A DNA stretch of 63,660 bases, the filler included, from Octopus bimaculoides (taxonomy: Eukaryota), in NCBI RefSeq assembly GCF_001194135.2. It is 5 parts of 5 records of this genome, joined end to end, with 100 filler letters (N's around TTAATTAATTAA, not from the genome) between each part and the next. Parts side by side here need not be neighbours in the genome. Positions count along the whole stretch, not along the records: positions 1 to 19,302 come from NC_069002.1; 4 more parts are not named here. One strand, 5' to 3'. This document shows positions 1 to 12,330 of the stretch, piece by piece. Below the pieces are notes generated by a model. That model did no database searches, was not told where the DNA came from, and saw only the letters and a program-made list of their open reading frames with translations. Position numbers and translations under genes: made by a program. Within the stretch, counting starts at the first letter, position 1; the number at the start of each line of letters is the position of its first letter.

Positions 1-35
<35 letters not shown>

Positions 36-243
36 GTATATGTTTGTGTGTCTGTGTCTGTCCCCTCAACATCACTTGACAACCGATGGTGGTGTGTTTA
101 TGTCTTTGTAACTTAGCAGTTTGGCAAAAGAGACTGATAGAATAAGTACTATGCTTACAAAGAATAAGTCCTGGGGTTGATTTGCTCGACTAAAGGCAGT
201 GCTCCAGCATGGCCTCAGTCAAATGACTGAAACAAGTAAAAGA
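1..243 (+). mobile_element. SINE family A (tRNA-derived, central microsatellite), 3' half
   Basis: Matches the 3' half of the full copies at 28245-28650 and 51358-51756. Confidence 0.8.
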
Positions 244-672
244 GTATATATTTGTGCATGTGTGTATGTGTGTGTGTATGTGTGTGTATGTGTAGTTAGG
301 ACCCAATCAATCATGGCAAAATAGTTAGTTAGCCTCTAGTATGTGCAGGCTTGTATTGCAAATATGATGGAAGCAAGAATCGAAAATGCATGCAACACAC
401 TTTGCTTGTATTGTGATATCATTTACCGAAGATGAGATGCAAAGTAAAATTATAGAAACTATAGAATAGTATGGATTCCATGAATTTTTGTAATGTAGTG
501 AATAACTGCTTCATCTATTCCTTTCGTATATATATATATATACGCACACACACACACACACACAAAACCAAGATGTGCAGTATTCTATCATTTTCTTTGG
601 AAAATTCAGACTTTTTATTTCTCTATATAAAAATGAAAAAATACCTCTATCTTATTTTGTATTATTAACAGG

Positions 673-708
<36 letters not shown>

Positions 709-775
709 GATATTATGTGATAGTTGTGAATGAGTATTACTGTGATATGAACTGCATCACTTTTATCTCTTTCAG

Positions 776-862
776 AAATCTGAGTAATCTTCTAGATTTA
801 CAGATTGTTATAGATCATATCCAAGTGCATATAGACAGTAACAATCATCCAGATGTTAACAG
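776..862 (+). CDS. Cadherin-related type-I membrane protein, internal exon (membrane-adjacent domain-like): NLSNLLDLQIVIDHIQVHIDSNNHPDVN
   Basis: Acceptor ttttatctctttcag| and donor AG|gtaaga. 87 bp, phase 2/2, open frame. IDHIQVH...D..RTDIFFH resembles the membrane-adjacent domain of CDH23/PCDH15/Cad87A/Cad99C-type cadherins (recalled similarity). Confidence 0.8.
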
Positions 863-1227
863 GTAAGACTTCACTTAACTGATGATATACATTAATGACA
901 ACTGGGCTGAAGATAAACCACTCCAATAAGGTGGCAATTTAGTTGGAGAACATTTAGAACACTTTGCATTCTCTTTATGCTCTTTATGCTCTTACTTCAC
1001 TCTCAGCTTCCTCTACAATTGTATTATTCTCCTACTTTACAATTTTATAACATACGTTAATATTTTGTTACCTCCCCAACTACTTTATTACCTTACCCTT
1101 CTATTTTACTACATCCGACTAAATTACTATTTGATTACCCCCACCCCCTACTATTTATTACCTACCATACTTTATTATGTACTTCCCTTACTATGTGAGT
1201 ACCATCAGATCTTGTTTGTGTGTGTGT

Positions 1228-1239
<12 letters not shown>

Positions 1240-1311
<72 letters not shown>

Positions 1312-1460
1312 ACATACACGATGGGCTTCTTTCAATTTCAGTCTACCAAATCCACTCACAAATCTTTGGTTGGCCCAAGGCTATAATAGAAGACACTTGC
1401 CCAAAATGCCACTAAACCTGGAGCCATGCGGTTGGGAAGCAAGCTTCTTACCACACAGTC
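1240..1460 (-). mobile_element. SINE family A, 5' half
   Basis: The reverse complement matches the head of 51358-51756. Confidence 0.8.
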
Positions 1461-1464
1461 AATA

Positions 1465-2695
1465 CAAGGTCATAAGATATTTGAGGACAGATTTGTGTTT
1501 ATAAAAATCAGATATATAACATAACTTTATTATCAAAAAATGCTATGAGGATAAAAATAGATCTTCTTTTCTATAATGTTATTCAATAAAGCCATCTTCA
1601 GCTTCAACAACTGCTTCCGTATGAGATCTAAATCCTCTCCATGCTCGAATCAAGGGGTCCGGGTTCAGTTTGGACATTACTCTGACTATGGCAGCTTTCA
1701 AAGAATCTTTGGTGTTATGGGCATGTTCATTGATCTCTCACTCAACAACGCTCCACAAGTAATAGTCCAATGGATTGAGATCTGGAGAATTAGGAGGCCA
1801 AATGTTAGGGGTTATGTGATAGGGAACATTTTCAGCCATCCATTCCTGTGTTACTCGAGCCTTGAGTGATTGTGCAGAGTCTTGCTGAAACATACATCTC
1901 CTTTCATTGCATACACTGTCTATTCAGGGCTTAACAACTGTTTCCAGGACTTCAATGAAGGCAGCAGAGTTAACTCTAAGGCCTTGTGGAAAGAAGTAAG
2001 GAGGCATCACATGTCCTTCATTGCTGACAACCCCTAAAACCATGACAGTTGCAGGAAATTTTGCATGCATAGCTCTTGGAATTTTAGAAGGGTCTGGACA
2101 TAACCTTCTTCTGTTAACTTTTTGATCTTGATTGAAGTTTTTCTCATCTGCAAAAAACCAAATCAAATCTTCTGCTGGATTTTTCAGTTTGTTTTAGATC
2201 TGATATAATGATTTTCTTTTGCTTTTTCTGGCATAAATTGACCTCTCCTCATCATATAAGACTTATATCTGGTGTCTTTATGGACAACATTTCTGATTGT
2301 TCCTTCTGACACATGGAAGTCTTTTACAATTGACCTCCTGGATTTTTTTGAGATTGTAATCAATAGTCTGTTGAAATTGCTGGATAAATTCAGGTGTTCT
2401 GATGATTTCAGAGCCTTTAGAATACTTTTCACTCTTTGATAATGGTGATGCATTTCCATTTTTGGTCTCTAACTCCTTACAAACTTTGTAGACAAAAGAT
2501 CTGATTACTTTTAAAAATCAAAATATTTCTAAATCGCTACGCTATGAAATAGCCATGATAACAGCATGCCTCTTCATTTCTTGAGTAAGCTGAGAATCTG
2601 CCATTGTTATTTTCTGAAACAAAGATTATACAGAGTTTGCAAAAATGCAGCAATGACCCAAAAGAGGTATGTCCTCAAATACCTTATGCACCCTG
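1465..2695 (-). mobile_element. Full-length, decayed maT/DD37D Tc1-mariner DNA transposon
   Basis: About 26-bp TIRs CAAGGT-CATAAGATATTTGAGGACA (1465-1489) and CAGGGTGCATAAGGTATTTGAGGACA (2695-2670), both flanked by TA. Transposase motifs FADEKNF, PATVMVLG, FQQDSA and WPPNSPDLNPLDY; frameshifts and stops. Confidence 0.85.
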
Positions 2696-2761
2696 TATCT
2701 ATCTATCTATCTATCTATCTATCTCTCTCTCTCTATATATATATATATATGAAAATGTATT

Positions 2762-2970
2762 CATATCTTTTATCTTTTTCCAGTCATTGGACTGTGGCCA
2801 TGCTGGGGCATTGCCTTCAAGGATTTTGTCAAACAAATCACTTCTGGCCTTTGTTTTTTAAACCTGGTACTTATTCTGCTGGGCTCTTTTTTGCCAAACT
2901 ACTAAGTTGCAGATGTAAATAAAGCAACACTGGTTGTCAAGCAATGGTGAGAGACAAATGCAAACACAAA

Positions 2971-3005
<35 letters not shown>
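2762..3005 (-). mobile_element. SINE family A, 3' half (diverged)
   Basis: TTTCCAGTCATTGGACTGTGGCCATGCTGGGGCA...GGTTGTCAAGC. Confidence 0.7.
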
Positions 3006-3009
<4 letters not shown>

Positions 3010-3324
3010 CAAAACAAAACATGGCTGCAGTGATGGTGGAGGAGAAGGAGGGGAGGGGGATGAAAACCAGGTATCTGGATGATACTGAGATACTGAATGG
3101 ATGGCATAGTCCACTATGTGATGTATGGCTGAAAATACACTCTGAAGGAAGTGGAGAAAAATTTGGTCAAAGTACAAAGACTGGGAGAGTGGAACTGAGA
3201 AAACCAAAAATGAAAACAAAAAGGTCTGGAAAATACCAGAACAACCATAGTACCAATTCTTATTAGTAACCTTGGCCCTTATCAAGTAAAAAATAAAAAT
3301 AATAAAAATAATAATAAAGATCAT

Positions 3325-3900
3325 CATCATGAGACCAATGCCCTGATGCAGTACCAGGCAGCAGTTCTCATGGTTCCTGATCTTAATTGATTGGAAGTGT
3401 TATCATGTACATTGTTTTGTCTTGGTATAAAAAGATGGCCTACAGCAAATATTCTGCTCAATATCACAGATTTGCTTGTCAGTTGTTTGACCTTAACCAG
3501 TTGAGCATGTCCCTTGGTGGCTGACGATATGTGCATCTCTGATCATGAGCAGAAGTAGTGGGGGAGCATCATAGCCATGTATTGAGAGCAATTCTTTGGG
3601 TTTTGGATAATTCGCCTCTGGAAACATAGGTCTTTTGTTCAACATCCTTAAACAATCCTTATTCAAGGACCTTTTGAGTAGGATGGGCTACTCGACCTGA
3701 AGAAAATTCTCACTGGGCCCCACCTGCAAGGTCATGCACTGTTTATCTCGATATGAGATTACTGTGTCGTGCACATATGGTTGTGATGCATGTGCCTGGT
3801 GTACCCTTATCAGACGGGTAGTCATGATGGGTATACTGAGCTTCATATATTTTACCCCAGTATCACTTTGATGGCATGCACTGCTCTCTCTCACTCAATA
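3325..3900. mobile_element. Unclassified interspersed repeat ending in (TAA)n
   Basis: About 570 bp, GC-richer than its flanks, bounded by (CAT)n and ...CACTC(AAT)n. No convincing ORF; abuts an R4-like fragment. Confidence 0.45.
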
Positions 3901-3907
3901 ATAATAA

Positions 3908-4490
3908 TAATATTGTCAAAAAAGAAGTGGAGAAATTGTCACAGTACAAAGACCACAAAATTGAAGTATTCAAGATGTGGGGCATGAAGGTAAAAACAAT
4001 ACCAACAATAATTTGAGCATTGGGCATGATAGAAAAAAAGACATAGAAACAAAAACGTAGATTGTATACCTGGATCCTCAACACTACACACTGTCCAAAA
4101 AAATAGCCCTGCTAGGAACAGCCAACATCTTACAGAACACACTATCAATCCAATAATAAGCAAAACAACCCACAAATACAAGACACACTCTATATAGCAA
4201 TTACCCAGTGAAATAAACTCCCACCAGCAATCCAGATGACTAATGTGTTATACACTCACTACAAAATACAAGCAGCAACACAACAAAAGACTGCACCACA
4301 CCTCAAGAGAAAAAATAACTAACACACTACAGTACCAGAACGAGTTTGCACACTTCCAACAGCAGAAAAGAATACACAATGCTGCACACACCCCAGCAAC
4401 ATGGAGGTGTAGCAGGGGATGCAGTAGAAATTTGCCTCAAACTACCAAATGTTGAACAGTTATAATAATAATAATAATAATAATAATAAC
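3908..4490 (+). mobile_element. 3' fragment of an R4/Dong-like (RLE) non-LTR retrotransposon with (TAA)n tail
   Basis: Translates NIVKKEVEKLSQYKDHKIEVFKMWGMKVKTIPTII*ALGMI...QKIALLGTANILQNTLSIQ*. A 3' UTR follows, then (TAA)n at about 4462-4489. Confidence 0.75.
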
Positions 4491-6530
4491 TGAAAGAATA
4501 TATACTTTCCTTGAACAAAACTATCTTTCCACAAGCTCAAAAAGGTTGTAAAAAAAATTCTTATAGGTGCAAAGATCAATTACTCTTAAATGAGTGTAGA
4601 GAATTGCTGGAGCAAAAAGAAGAACCTGAGTATGGCATGGATAGACTACAGGAAAACGTTTGATAGTGTCCCACATAATTGGCTACTCTCAGGCCCTTTA
4701 GATATATAAGATCTCTCCTGTCATCTCCAAATTCTTACATAGTAATGGGATGAACCAATCCAGCAACATCAACATCAAATAAGACTCCCTCTCATCATTA
4801 CTCTTTGGCATGGTATTGATCCCACTCACAAATGAACTGAATACCACCAGGTATGAGGAAAAAGTTTATAATACTACAATAAACCATCTGTTTTATATGG
4901 ATGATCTGAAGCTGTTTGTTACAAAAGACCAAGCGCTAATAGGGCTGCTAACAACTGTTAAAGAGTTCAGCAATAACATTGGGATGGATTTTGGCATCAA
5001 TAAGTGTGCTAAAGCGACTTTTGTAAGAGGAAAGCTCAGACAAACAGCTTCCATTAAACTAGATACTGACTCTACCACCAAGGAACTTGACCCGCAAGAA
5101 AGTGTAAATACTTGGGCATAAACAAAGGAGATGGTATACAACATGCTACTATGAAGGAAAAAATAAGAAAGGAGTACTACAGGAGAGTAACACTCATACT
5201 AAAAACTGAACTCAACTCCAAAAATCGTATTGAATCCATTAACACCTTGGCACTTGCAGTCGACCAATACAGTTTCAACTTCATTAACTGGAATCCTACA
5301 GAACTCCCATGCCTGGACAGGAAGACAAAAAAACTACTAATCTCTAAAAACATGCACCACCCTAAAGCAGACGATGAATGTCTGTACTTAGCTAGATGCA
5401 ATGGGGGAAGAGAAATGATGCAGATAGAACTGTGAGGTATTTATCTCGTACAGAGGACTGGATGCTGCAGCTTGTGTGCAAACACAAAAGCAGCCAAAAA
5501 GCACATTCTATTGTCAAGGAAGCTTGCAAATTCCCAAGGGAACTTGGCATTAACTCTGAATTAGATGAAGAACTTGAAACCACTGCCACCAGACAAGCAA
5601 AACAGTTCAAGCAGACTACTAAAAAGAACAGGCAGAAACAAATTGAGGAACGGTGGAGTCAGAAGCCTCTGCATGGACAGTATATGCTTTGAAGTCGAAA
5701 TGCTGATGTAGACCAAGCAACAACCCACCAGAGACTGAGAAGTGCAGGACTGAAAGCAGAGACTGAAGGTTTCATATTGGCAGCACAAGATCAAAGCTTG
5801 CTTACCAAAAATACTAGGCTAACATTCTTCAAAACGGTTCTGACCCTAAATGCAGATTCTGTGATGCATCTGACAAAACAAAAGACCATCTCGTCTCAAG
5901 ATGTCCTGTGCTGACACCAAACAGATACAAAAATTGCCATTATAGGGTAGAACAGTATTTACATTGGAAAATATGGAAACACTACAAAATCATCACCCTT
6001 GCTTACTGGTATGGACATTATCCTGAGCCAGTCGTAGAAGGTAAAAATGTCACTATCCTCTGGAATTTTCTAGTCAACGACAGAATGATTCAGGTTGATT
6101 GACCAGACATAGTCATTAAAGACAGGGAAGAAAATACTTGTGGACAAATAGATGCAAGTGTTCTCACTGATAAAAATATATCTGTAAAGGAATTTGACAA
6201 AGTAAGTAAATATAAGGACCTGGAAATTGAAATACAAAAGATATCACATCTTAATGCGAGAATTGTTCCTGTTGTTGTGGGTGCCCTAGGTATGATAAGA
6301 ATGGGATGTCAGAAACATCTAGATAAGATCCCAGGAGAACCATGTCTCAGAGAAATCCAAAGGATTGTGCTCACAAGTACTGCCCACATCTTTAGAAAAA
6401 CCTTATCAATTTAAATGACTGTTGTATTTCACTACTGCCCCTGTCACTTCCTCTCCCCAAGCTTTCAGATGTCATACTGTAACATCTCTTATCTTTCACT
6501 TGCCCTAGGACACTGGGTGAGTCTCAATAA
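4490..6530 (+). mobile_element. 5'-truncated, decayed R4/Dong-like non-LTR retrotransposon (RT, CCHC knuckle, restriction-like endonuclease)
   Basis: RT motifs HLFYMDDLKLF and FGINKCAK; HPKADDECLY..GG; CRFCDASDKTKDHLVSRC (C-x2-C-x8-H-x4-C); PDIVIKD...ID...KYKDL; PVVVGALG. ORF ends with TAA at 6412-6414. Multiple stops and frameshifts. Confidence 0.88.
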
Positions 6531-7396
6531 GTGATTACAACAAACATGCAGATTAAAAGTAAATAATAATAATAATAATGATAAATTTTGATAACATTTA
6601 AATATTTGTACTTACTTTGGTCTAGAAACTTCTTAGACCAACCAGAAAAATGTCTTTCAAATAGAATGAACAAATGAGGGAACATCTTGCGGGCCTTTGA
6701 TTTACTATAAACAGCAGCCAAATCACACTCTCTTTCATCCGTCATTTCCAAGACAGTAACACCCACTGTCTTGTAAAGGAACTGGCATAACCCCTATCAA
6801 AATGACTGTCCTTCTCCGACACCCCTTAAAAAGAGAAGTATTGAATAATGTAGTTCAGGATTTCCATCATATCAGAGATACAAGGTAATTACAACTGGAA
6901 TATCTTGAACAATAGCTCTGCTTGATCAAGATTGATCTGGACTTAAACAACAGCCACACATCTTATTCAAAATGAACCACCGAGGGAGCTTTTTTTCTGC
7001 TACAATTAACAGTCTTATCTCTACCTCCTTCAAAATGATAATGTAGCCCAAGACTCACACACTGTATCATGGCACGATCACTGTCATAATGTTTTTGATC
7101 AGAATTGATTTCGTGCTAAACAATAACAAACACAAGCCAAGAAGGGAACCTTTACATGGTTATCTCTACAAGAGATAGCAGCTAAATTTCCCTTAAATCA
7201 TGCACTAAAAATTTAGAAAACGCAATATGATATCTTAAACTCTATTACATGATGCACTTTTGAATACTGCAAGAGGTTTTCTGCTTGAGATGTTTTTGAT
7301 CATAGAGGTGATTAATCAAAATTTGTCTTGGAACTAAAAAGCAACTACAACAATCACTCCAAAATATTTTACAAACTTGTTTATTTATATTTTCAG

Positions 7397-7465
7397 GACA
7401 GACATTTTCTTTCATGCAATCAATAAGGATACAATGAAAGTCACCACAAAAGAAGAGCTTGAACA
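7397..7465 (+). CDS. Cadherin-related protein, internal exon: (R)TDIFFHAINKDTMKVTTKEELE(Q)
   Basis: Acceptor tatattttcag| and donor CA|gtaagt. 69 bp, phase 2/2, joins in frame to the 776-862 exon. Confidence 0.8.
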
Positions 7466-7756
7466 GTAAGTCATTGAAGTTTAATCAATCAAGGAAACAC
7501 AAGTCCTCAGTGAAAGTCATTTTTTTATGATTCTCAACTATGAACTTCACCATTTTAGAAGTCACAAAAATGTAAAAAGTCTAACAGTCTCTATTTGCAA
7601 ATATATTATAAAAGTCAGTATTTGTGTCTTCCTATCAATAATAGTTGTTTCCATGTCTGTAATTGTGTCTTCATGTCTATAATTCTGTCTCTATGTCTAT
7701 AATTTTTCCGTTATGTCTGTGGTTGTCTCTCAACAAAAATTTATTATCTTTTACAG

Positions 7757-7966
7757 AAAATTAAAAGAAAATGAGGAGGAGATCTCCAATCTTCTGAAGA
7801 GACTTAAACTAAATATGATGTCATTCAAAGAAGTAGAAAGTATGCCTGTTCTTCAGAAAAGCAAACACGGCTTTGATAGAAACTTGATTATCATTATTGT
7901 TTTGGTCATCATAATTTTAATTATGCCCATCTCTACCATAATTCTCTTTATTATCATATCAAAAAG
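7757..7966 (+). CDS. Cadherin-related protein, transmembrane exon: KLKENEEEISNLLKRLKLNMMSFKEVESMPVLQKSKHGFDRN-LIIIIVLVIIILIMPISTIILFIII-SK(R)
   Basis: Acceptor ttatcttttacag| and donor AAG|gtcagt. 210 bp, phase 2/2. Encodes a 25-residue hydrophobic stretch followed by basic residues; only this donor keeps the next exon in frame. Confidence 0.75.
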
Positions 7967-9008
7967 GTCAGTGACACTAATTATTTTATATATTTGTTGG
8001 GCCATTTTTTTTTTCTGGCATCGATTAGACAAATAGATTATGGAGACATTGTTTTAAAGACAGATGTCCTTCTTGTTGCTAATCTTTACCTGTTTTCCAA
8101 ATAAGTAATCTCTTACTTTGCAAGTGAAATCATAATTGTCACTGCTTCTAGGTCACTGATTTTTGGAGAAAAGCAAATGTAAACAAATGCACAAACACAT
8201 ACATATTTGTGTGTGTGTGCATGTGCACATACATACACATATAAATATAAATAAATTTACATATATATATATATATTTATATATATTTCAGTATTTGGTT
8301 TAGTTTTACTTGCAAATGTCTCTTCACATCAAAATTGACTGAGTGAATGAATGTATGTATGTCCATAAATTACACACAGACTTAGAAAGAATTGTCAAAA
8401 GAACAGGTGAATTCGATGTAGGTTCAACGATTACCTAGCAATAACATAGGCACTCAGAAATTCCAGGTTGGTGTCCAGTATGCTGAAAGACCAGTGTTTG
8501 TTACAGCAGGTTTCTTGGAAAAGGTTATAATACTGGACATTTTGTGGAGCTTTGCTTGCATTTGACATCATGGCATTCCCACATTCCCAAGCCTGTGATT
8601 CGTATTGGCACTGGATAGCTTGTCTCTGGAGCATATCAATAGGGTAGAGAGGGTCTGTAAAGTGTGTTGGACCTAAAACTTTGCACTGGCAATGGTCAGT
8701 GATGGTCTTCCATCATGTATGTATGTATGTATATGTACAAGCCTGCGTGCAACATACTATGCCATGCCTTGACCTTCAAATCTTAATGAAGTCTTACAGG
8801 CATCATCATTGTCCATCCCTCTCCACAACTGATTTCTTCTAAAGAGATGGACAAACTGAAAAAAAGAAAGAGAAGCATCAACCCTGGTACTTTATTTATT
8901 GACCCTGAAAGAATAAAAGGCAAAGATGGCCATAGCAAGATTAGACAGTCAGAACAAATACATAAAAGCAATTTATTGACATTCAAATGTGACAGCCAGT
9001 TTACCACC

Positions 9009-9087
<79 letters not shown>

Positions 9088-9333
9088 NNNNNNNNNNNNN
9101 NNNNNNNNNNNNNNNNNNNNNNNNNNNNNNNNNNNNNNNNNNNNNNNNNNNNNNNNNNNNNNNNNNNNNNNNNNNNNNNNNNNNNNNNNNNNNNNNNNNN
9201 NNNNNNNNNNNNNNNNNNNNNNNNNNNNNNNNNNNNNNNNNNNNNNNNNNNNNNNNNNNNNNNNNNNNNNNNNNNNNNNNNNNNNNNNNNNNNNNNNNNN
9301 NNNNNNNNNNNNNNNNNNNNNNNNNNNNNNNNN

Positions 9334-9389
<56 letters not shown>

Positions 9390-9447
9390 TTCCTACAGTG
9401 AATTGTTACAGTTTCATCAATTGTTTGTTTTTCTCCTTTACACACAG

Positions 9448-9534
9448 ATACAAGAATAAATTTGATGAACTCCAATCTTTGCTCTTTAATCAACCAAATA
9501 ATAACGAGGGATATGAAAAAAGTGAAATAGGAAT
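9448..9534 (+). CDS. Cadherin-related protein, juxtamembrane cytoplasmic exon: YKNKFDELQSLLFNQPNNNEGYEKSEIG
   Basis: Acceptor ttttctcctttacacacag| and donor AT|gtaagt. 87 bp, phase 2/2, open in the phase-2 frame. Confidence 0.75.
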
Positions 9535-10169
9535 GTAAGTTATTTCAATTTTATAAAGCTGCCACATACTCAGTGAACTTTCTAAATGACTTTACAAAAT
9601 GCAGTTGTTTTTTGTTGGGGAGGGTTCATGTTTGTGCATTTAATTGCTATGATAAGATTCTTAAACTCATGGCCGCAACAGCCTTATCGTAATAGGAGAC
9701 TGCAGCATCAAAAACATCTTTCTTTTAGGACAGGTTCAAAATCTACAAAGTTTTTAGGGGGGTAACAAGAGTCTGTGTTGATGTACAGCAGCCTTTCATT
9801 AGGATTCATGTAGGGCCTGTATGATCTGGTGTTATGTCTCAGAAATTTACAATGGTAAGGTTGGTCTCCAAGCCCTTAAGCCCTGGGGTATAAAGAGTGT
9901 GGATCAGCTTGACCGGGGTTAGAGTTAGGGTAAAGTACCATCTCTAAGCAAAAGTGGGTTGATGGCACCTAGAGTGTTTATGAGATTACAGATATCTACG
10001 CTGTTCAATGCTCCCATTGTCATATCAAAGGAACCTTCTAGATCTGTTTATTTGACCCAGGCCAAAACTGGTCAGACAGACAGATCCAAACTATTGAACA
10101 GCTGGATTTTACTGGTGTGCATTATTACCTCTATATCTCTGTTGCTAATTTCAGTAAACTCCCTACACA

Positions 10170-10847
10170 CACTTGTGTGGTCAAGAAGTTCTCTTCACAA
10201 CCATGTGGCTTCAGATTCAGTCCCACTGTACAACATTTTGGCCAAAAGTCTTTTATTATAGCCCTAGGATGACCATTGCCATTTGAGTGAATTTGGTAAA
10301 CAAACTTTGTGAAAGCTTGTCTCGTGTGTGTGTGCAAGTGCGCGTGCATGCGCATGTTTATCTCATGCTATTTGATAACCAGTATTGCTTTGTTAACATC
10401 TCTACGACTTAGCAGTTTGATAATAAGGAAAAAAAAAAGTTCTGGGTTTGATTTGATCATCTAAGCCAGGGTCAGCAAACTGGGGTAAATTATCCCAAGT
10501 AAACTAAAAATGAAATTCTTGGGGTAATGAGGACTCATTAGGCATAAGTAAAATTATATAAAAAAGGGTATGTTCCTTGTTACAACAGAAATTTTTCTTC
10601 TGGGAACACTGCATCCGTCCAAAGTAATGGACGTGTGAATAGATTCATAGATTCAATAAAATAGATTCAATAAAACTCTTGAATTCATAGAATGTATGAT
10701 TTTCTTCCTTTTGAATCAAGGAGGTAATGGCATAAATAAATATATTTTGGAGTAATTGGTTAAAAAGGGTCTCCGACCCCTGATCTAAGCTCTACAAGGC
10801 AGCGATTCAGCATAGCTGTAGTCCAGTGACTGAAACAAGTAAAAGAA
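10170..10847 (+). mobile_element. SINE family A, diverged, interrupted by the hAT MITE
   Basis: Head at about 10170-10320; tail GACTGAAACAAGTAAAAG at about 10829-10846. Confidence 0.75.
10467..10782. mobile_element. hAT-superfamily MITE nested in a SINE
   Basis: Ends CAGGGTCAGCAAAC and GGGTCTCCGACCCCTG. Perfect 8-bp TSD ATCTAAGC at 10459-10466 and 10783-10790. Confidence 0.85.
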
Positions 10848-11049
10848 ATATATATATATATATATATATATATTTGAGCAGTATAGTTTGCATGAAGTGT
10901 TGTGTAATATATATTAATGTTTTTAATATTTTTTTGTTATAAAATCAAAACAATGCAAGTTGTAAAAAAAATACTGGTTTGTAATGTTACCTTCTATTCC
11001 AATATTTCAGGATTAGGACTCCTTCTTAGGAAATCTTTAGAGAAATTGT

Positions 11050-12330
11050 GTTGTTAGCTGACATCTCTGTTCTGTAGTGTGTATGTATGAAAGGTTGCTT
11101 TGCATTAATATATTGCATGCAGTTCAGTTCTGTTGTTAATACGTGGGTTGTACTTGTCAATTAAAATAGCTTCTTTTATTCCCAAGTTCCTAATATTTCT
11201 TCTATAGCTTCAATGGAAAGCTGAATGTCTTGGGTGTGGTATTTCTGTAGATGTTTTTTTGACAGAAGTATTTTGAGACCACTTTGTGTTCTTTAACTCA
11301 TATGTGTACTTGTCTGAAGGTATTTCCAATGATGAATTCATTACACTTCCTACACATGATTTTATGTGCCTCATAGGACTGTGGCTGTTCCAGCACATCT
11401 CCTTCACTATCCTCTGGGGCAACACCTGTTCCATTTTGTCTGCTGGTACCATGAGAAATATTTCTATATTGTGAGAGGCAAGGTTCTCCATTAACCATTT
11501 ACTTACAACAATGTACCTTTTGGTAGTTATATATATTTTATAATAATAAGTGATCACAGACATATTTTCATAGTTGATTGGACAGTTCATATGGTGTTGT
11601 TTTGTCTTGGCCTATTTTTTAGTTGGGTCTCTCCTCAAGGAAGATCTAGATCACACAGCAGATTGTAGCAGTTGATTTTTGTTAAAATGTTGCAGTTTCA
11701 AAAATAATTTTATCCTTGGATGAGCGATTTTTGTTAGGTGGTCTGGTGATATCCTGGTATTTAGTGGAAGAGTATGAATAGCTGTTCTACATCAGGACTT
11801 TTCAGAATTGTATGATGTTTTGTTTCCTGCTTCACTGCATTTACTGTGCATCCTGTGAATTTTATTTCTGATATAGGTCATTTTAACTCTGATGGGCAAG
11901 GATGAATTATCATGTACAAATAGGCTCCTGCCAGCCACTTCTCTGTAAAAGTTAGTGGAGATGGATCTGTTCTCTGTAATTTTGAATTCAAAATGAAGCA
12001 GAGATCAGAAACCAGTGTTATCAGGGTGATCTACTTCAAGTTTTATATGTCCATCAATATTGGACATTTATATTTTAACAGCCTCTTCACAAGATGATAT
12101 CAATATGAAGATATTATCCACATACATGATGAATAAACACAGGAGAGACAATTGTTGAGGTATCGACAGCCAGCAGGTCTGACAAGTTTCATCCTTACCA
12201 GCAGTTCTGAGATTTGTTCATAAATGGACCTTTCAAACTGGAAGATGGTGTTTTCTACTATAGTAATTAACAGTTCACAGATATCTGGAGCTGCAAGCCC
12301 AAAACAGTTGAGTTTGTGAGAGGAAGCAAC
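11050..12330 (-). mobile_element. Decayed Penelope-like element (RT plus GIY-YIG endonuclease)
   Basis: Minus-strand fragments IVENTIFQFERSIYEQ, RYLNNCL (YxDD position), TNFYREVAGRSLFVHDNSSLPIRVKMTYIRNKIHR and CRKCNEFIIGNTFRQVHI*VKEH. Confidence 0.75.

Noticed and set aside
8431-8700. GC-richer stretch with a 67-aa minus-strand ORF
   Set aside because: No recognisable motif or splice signals. Probably an old repeat that I cannot classify.
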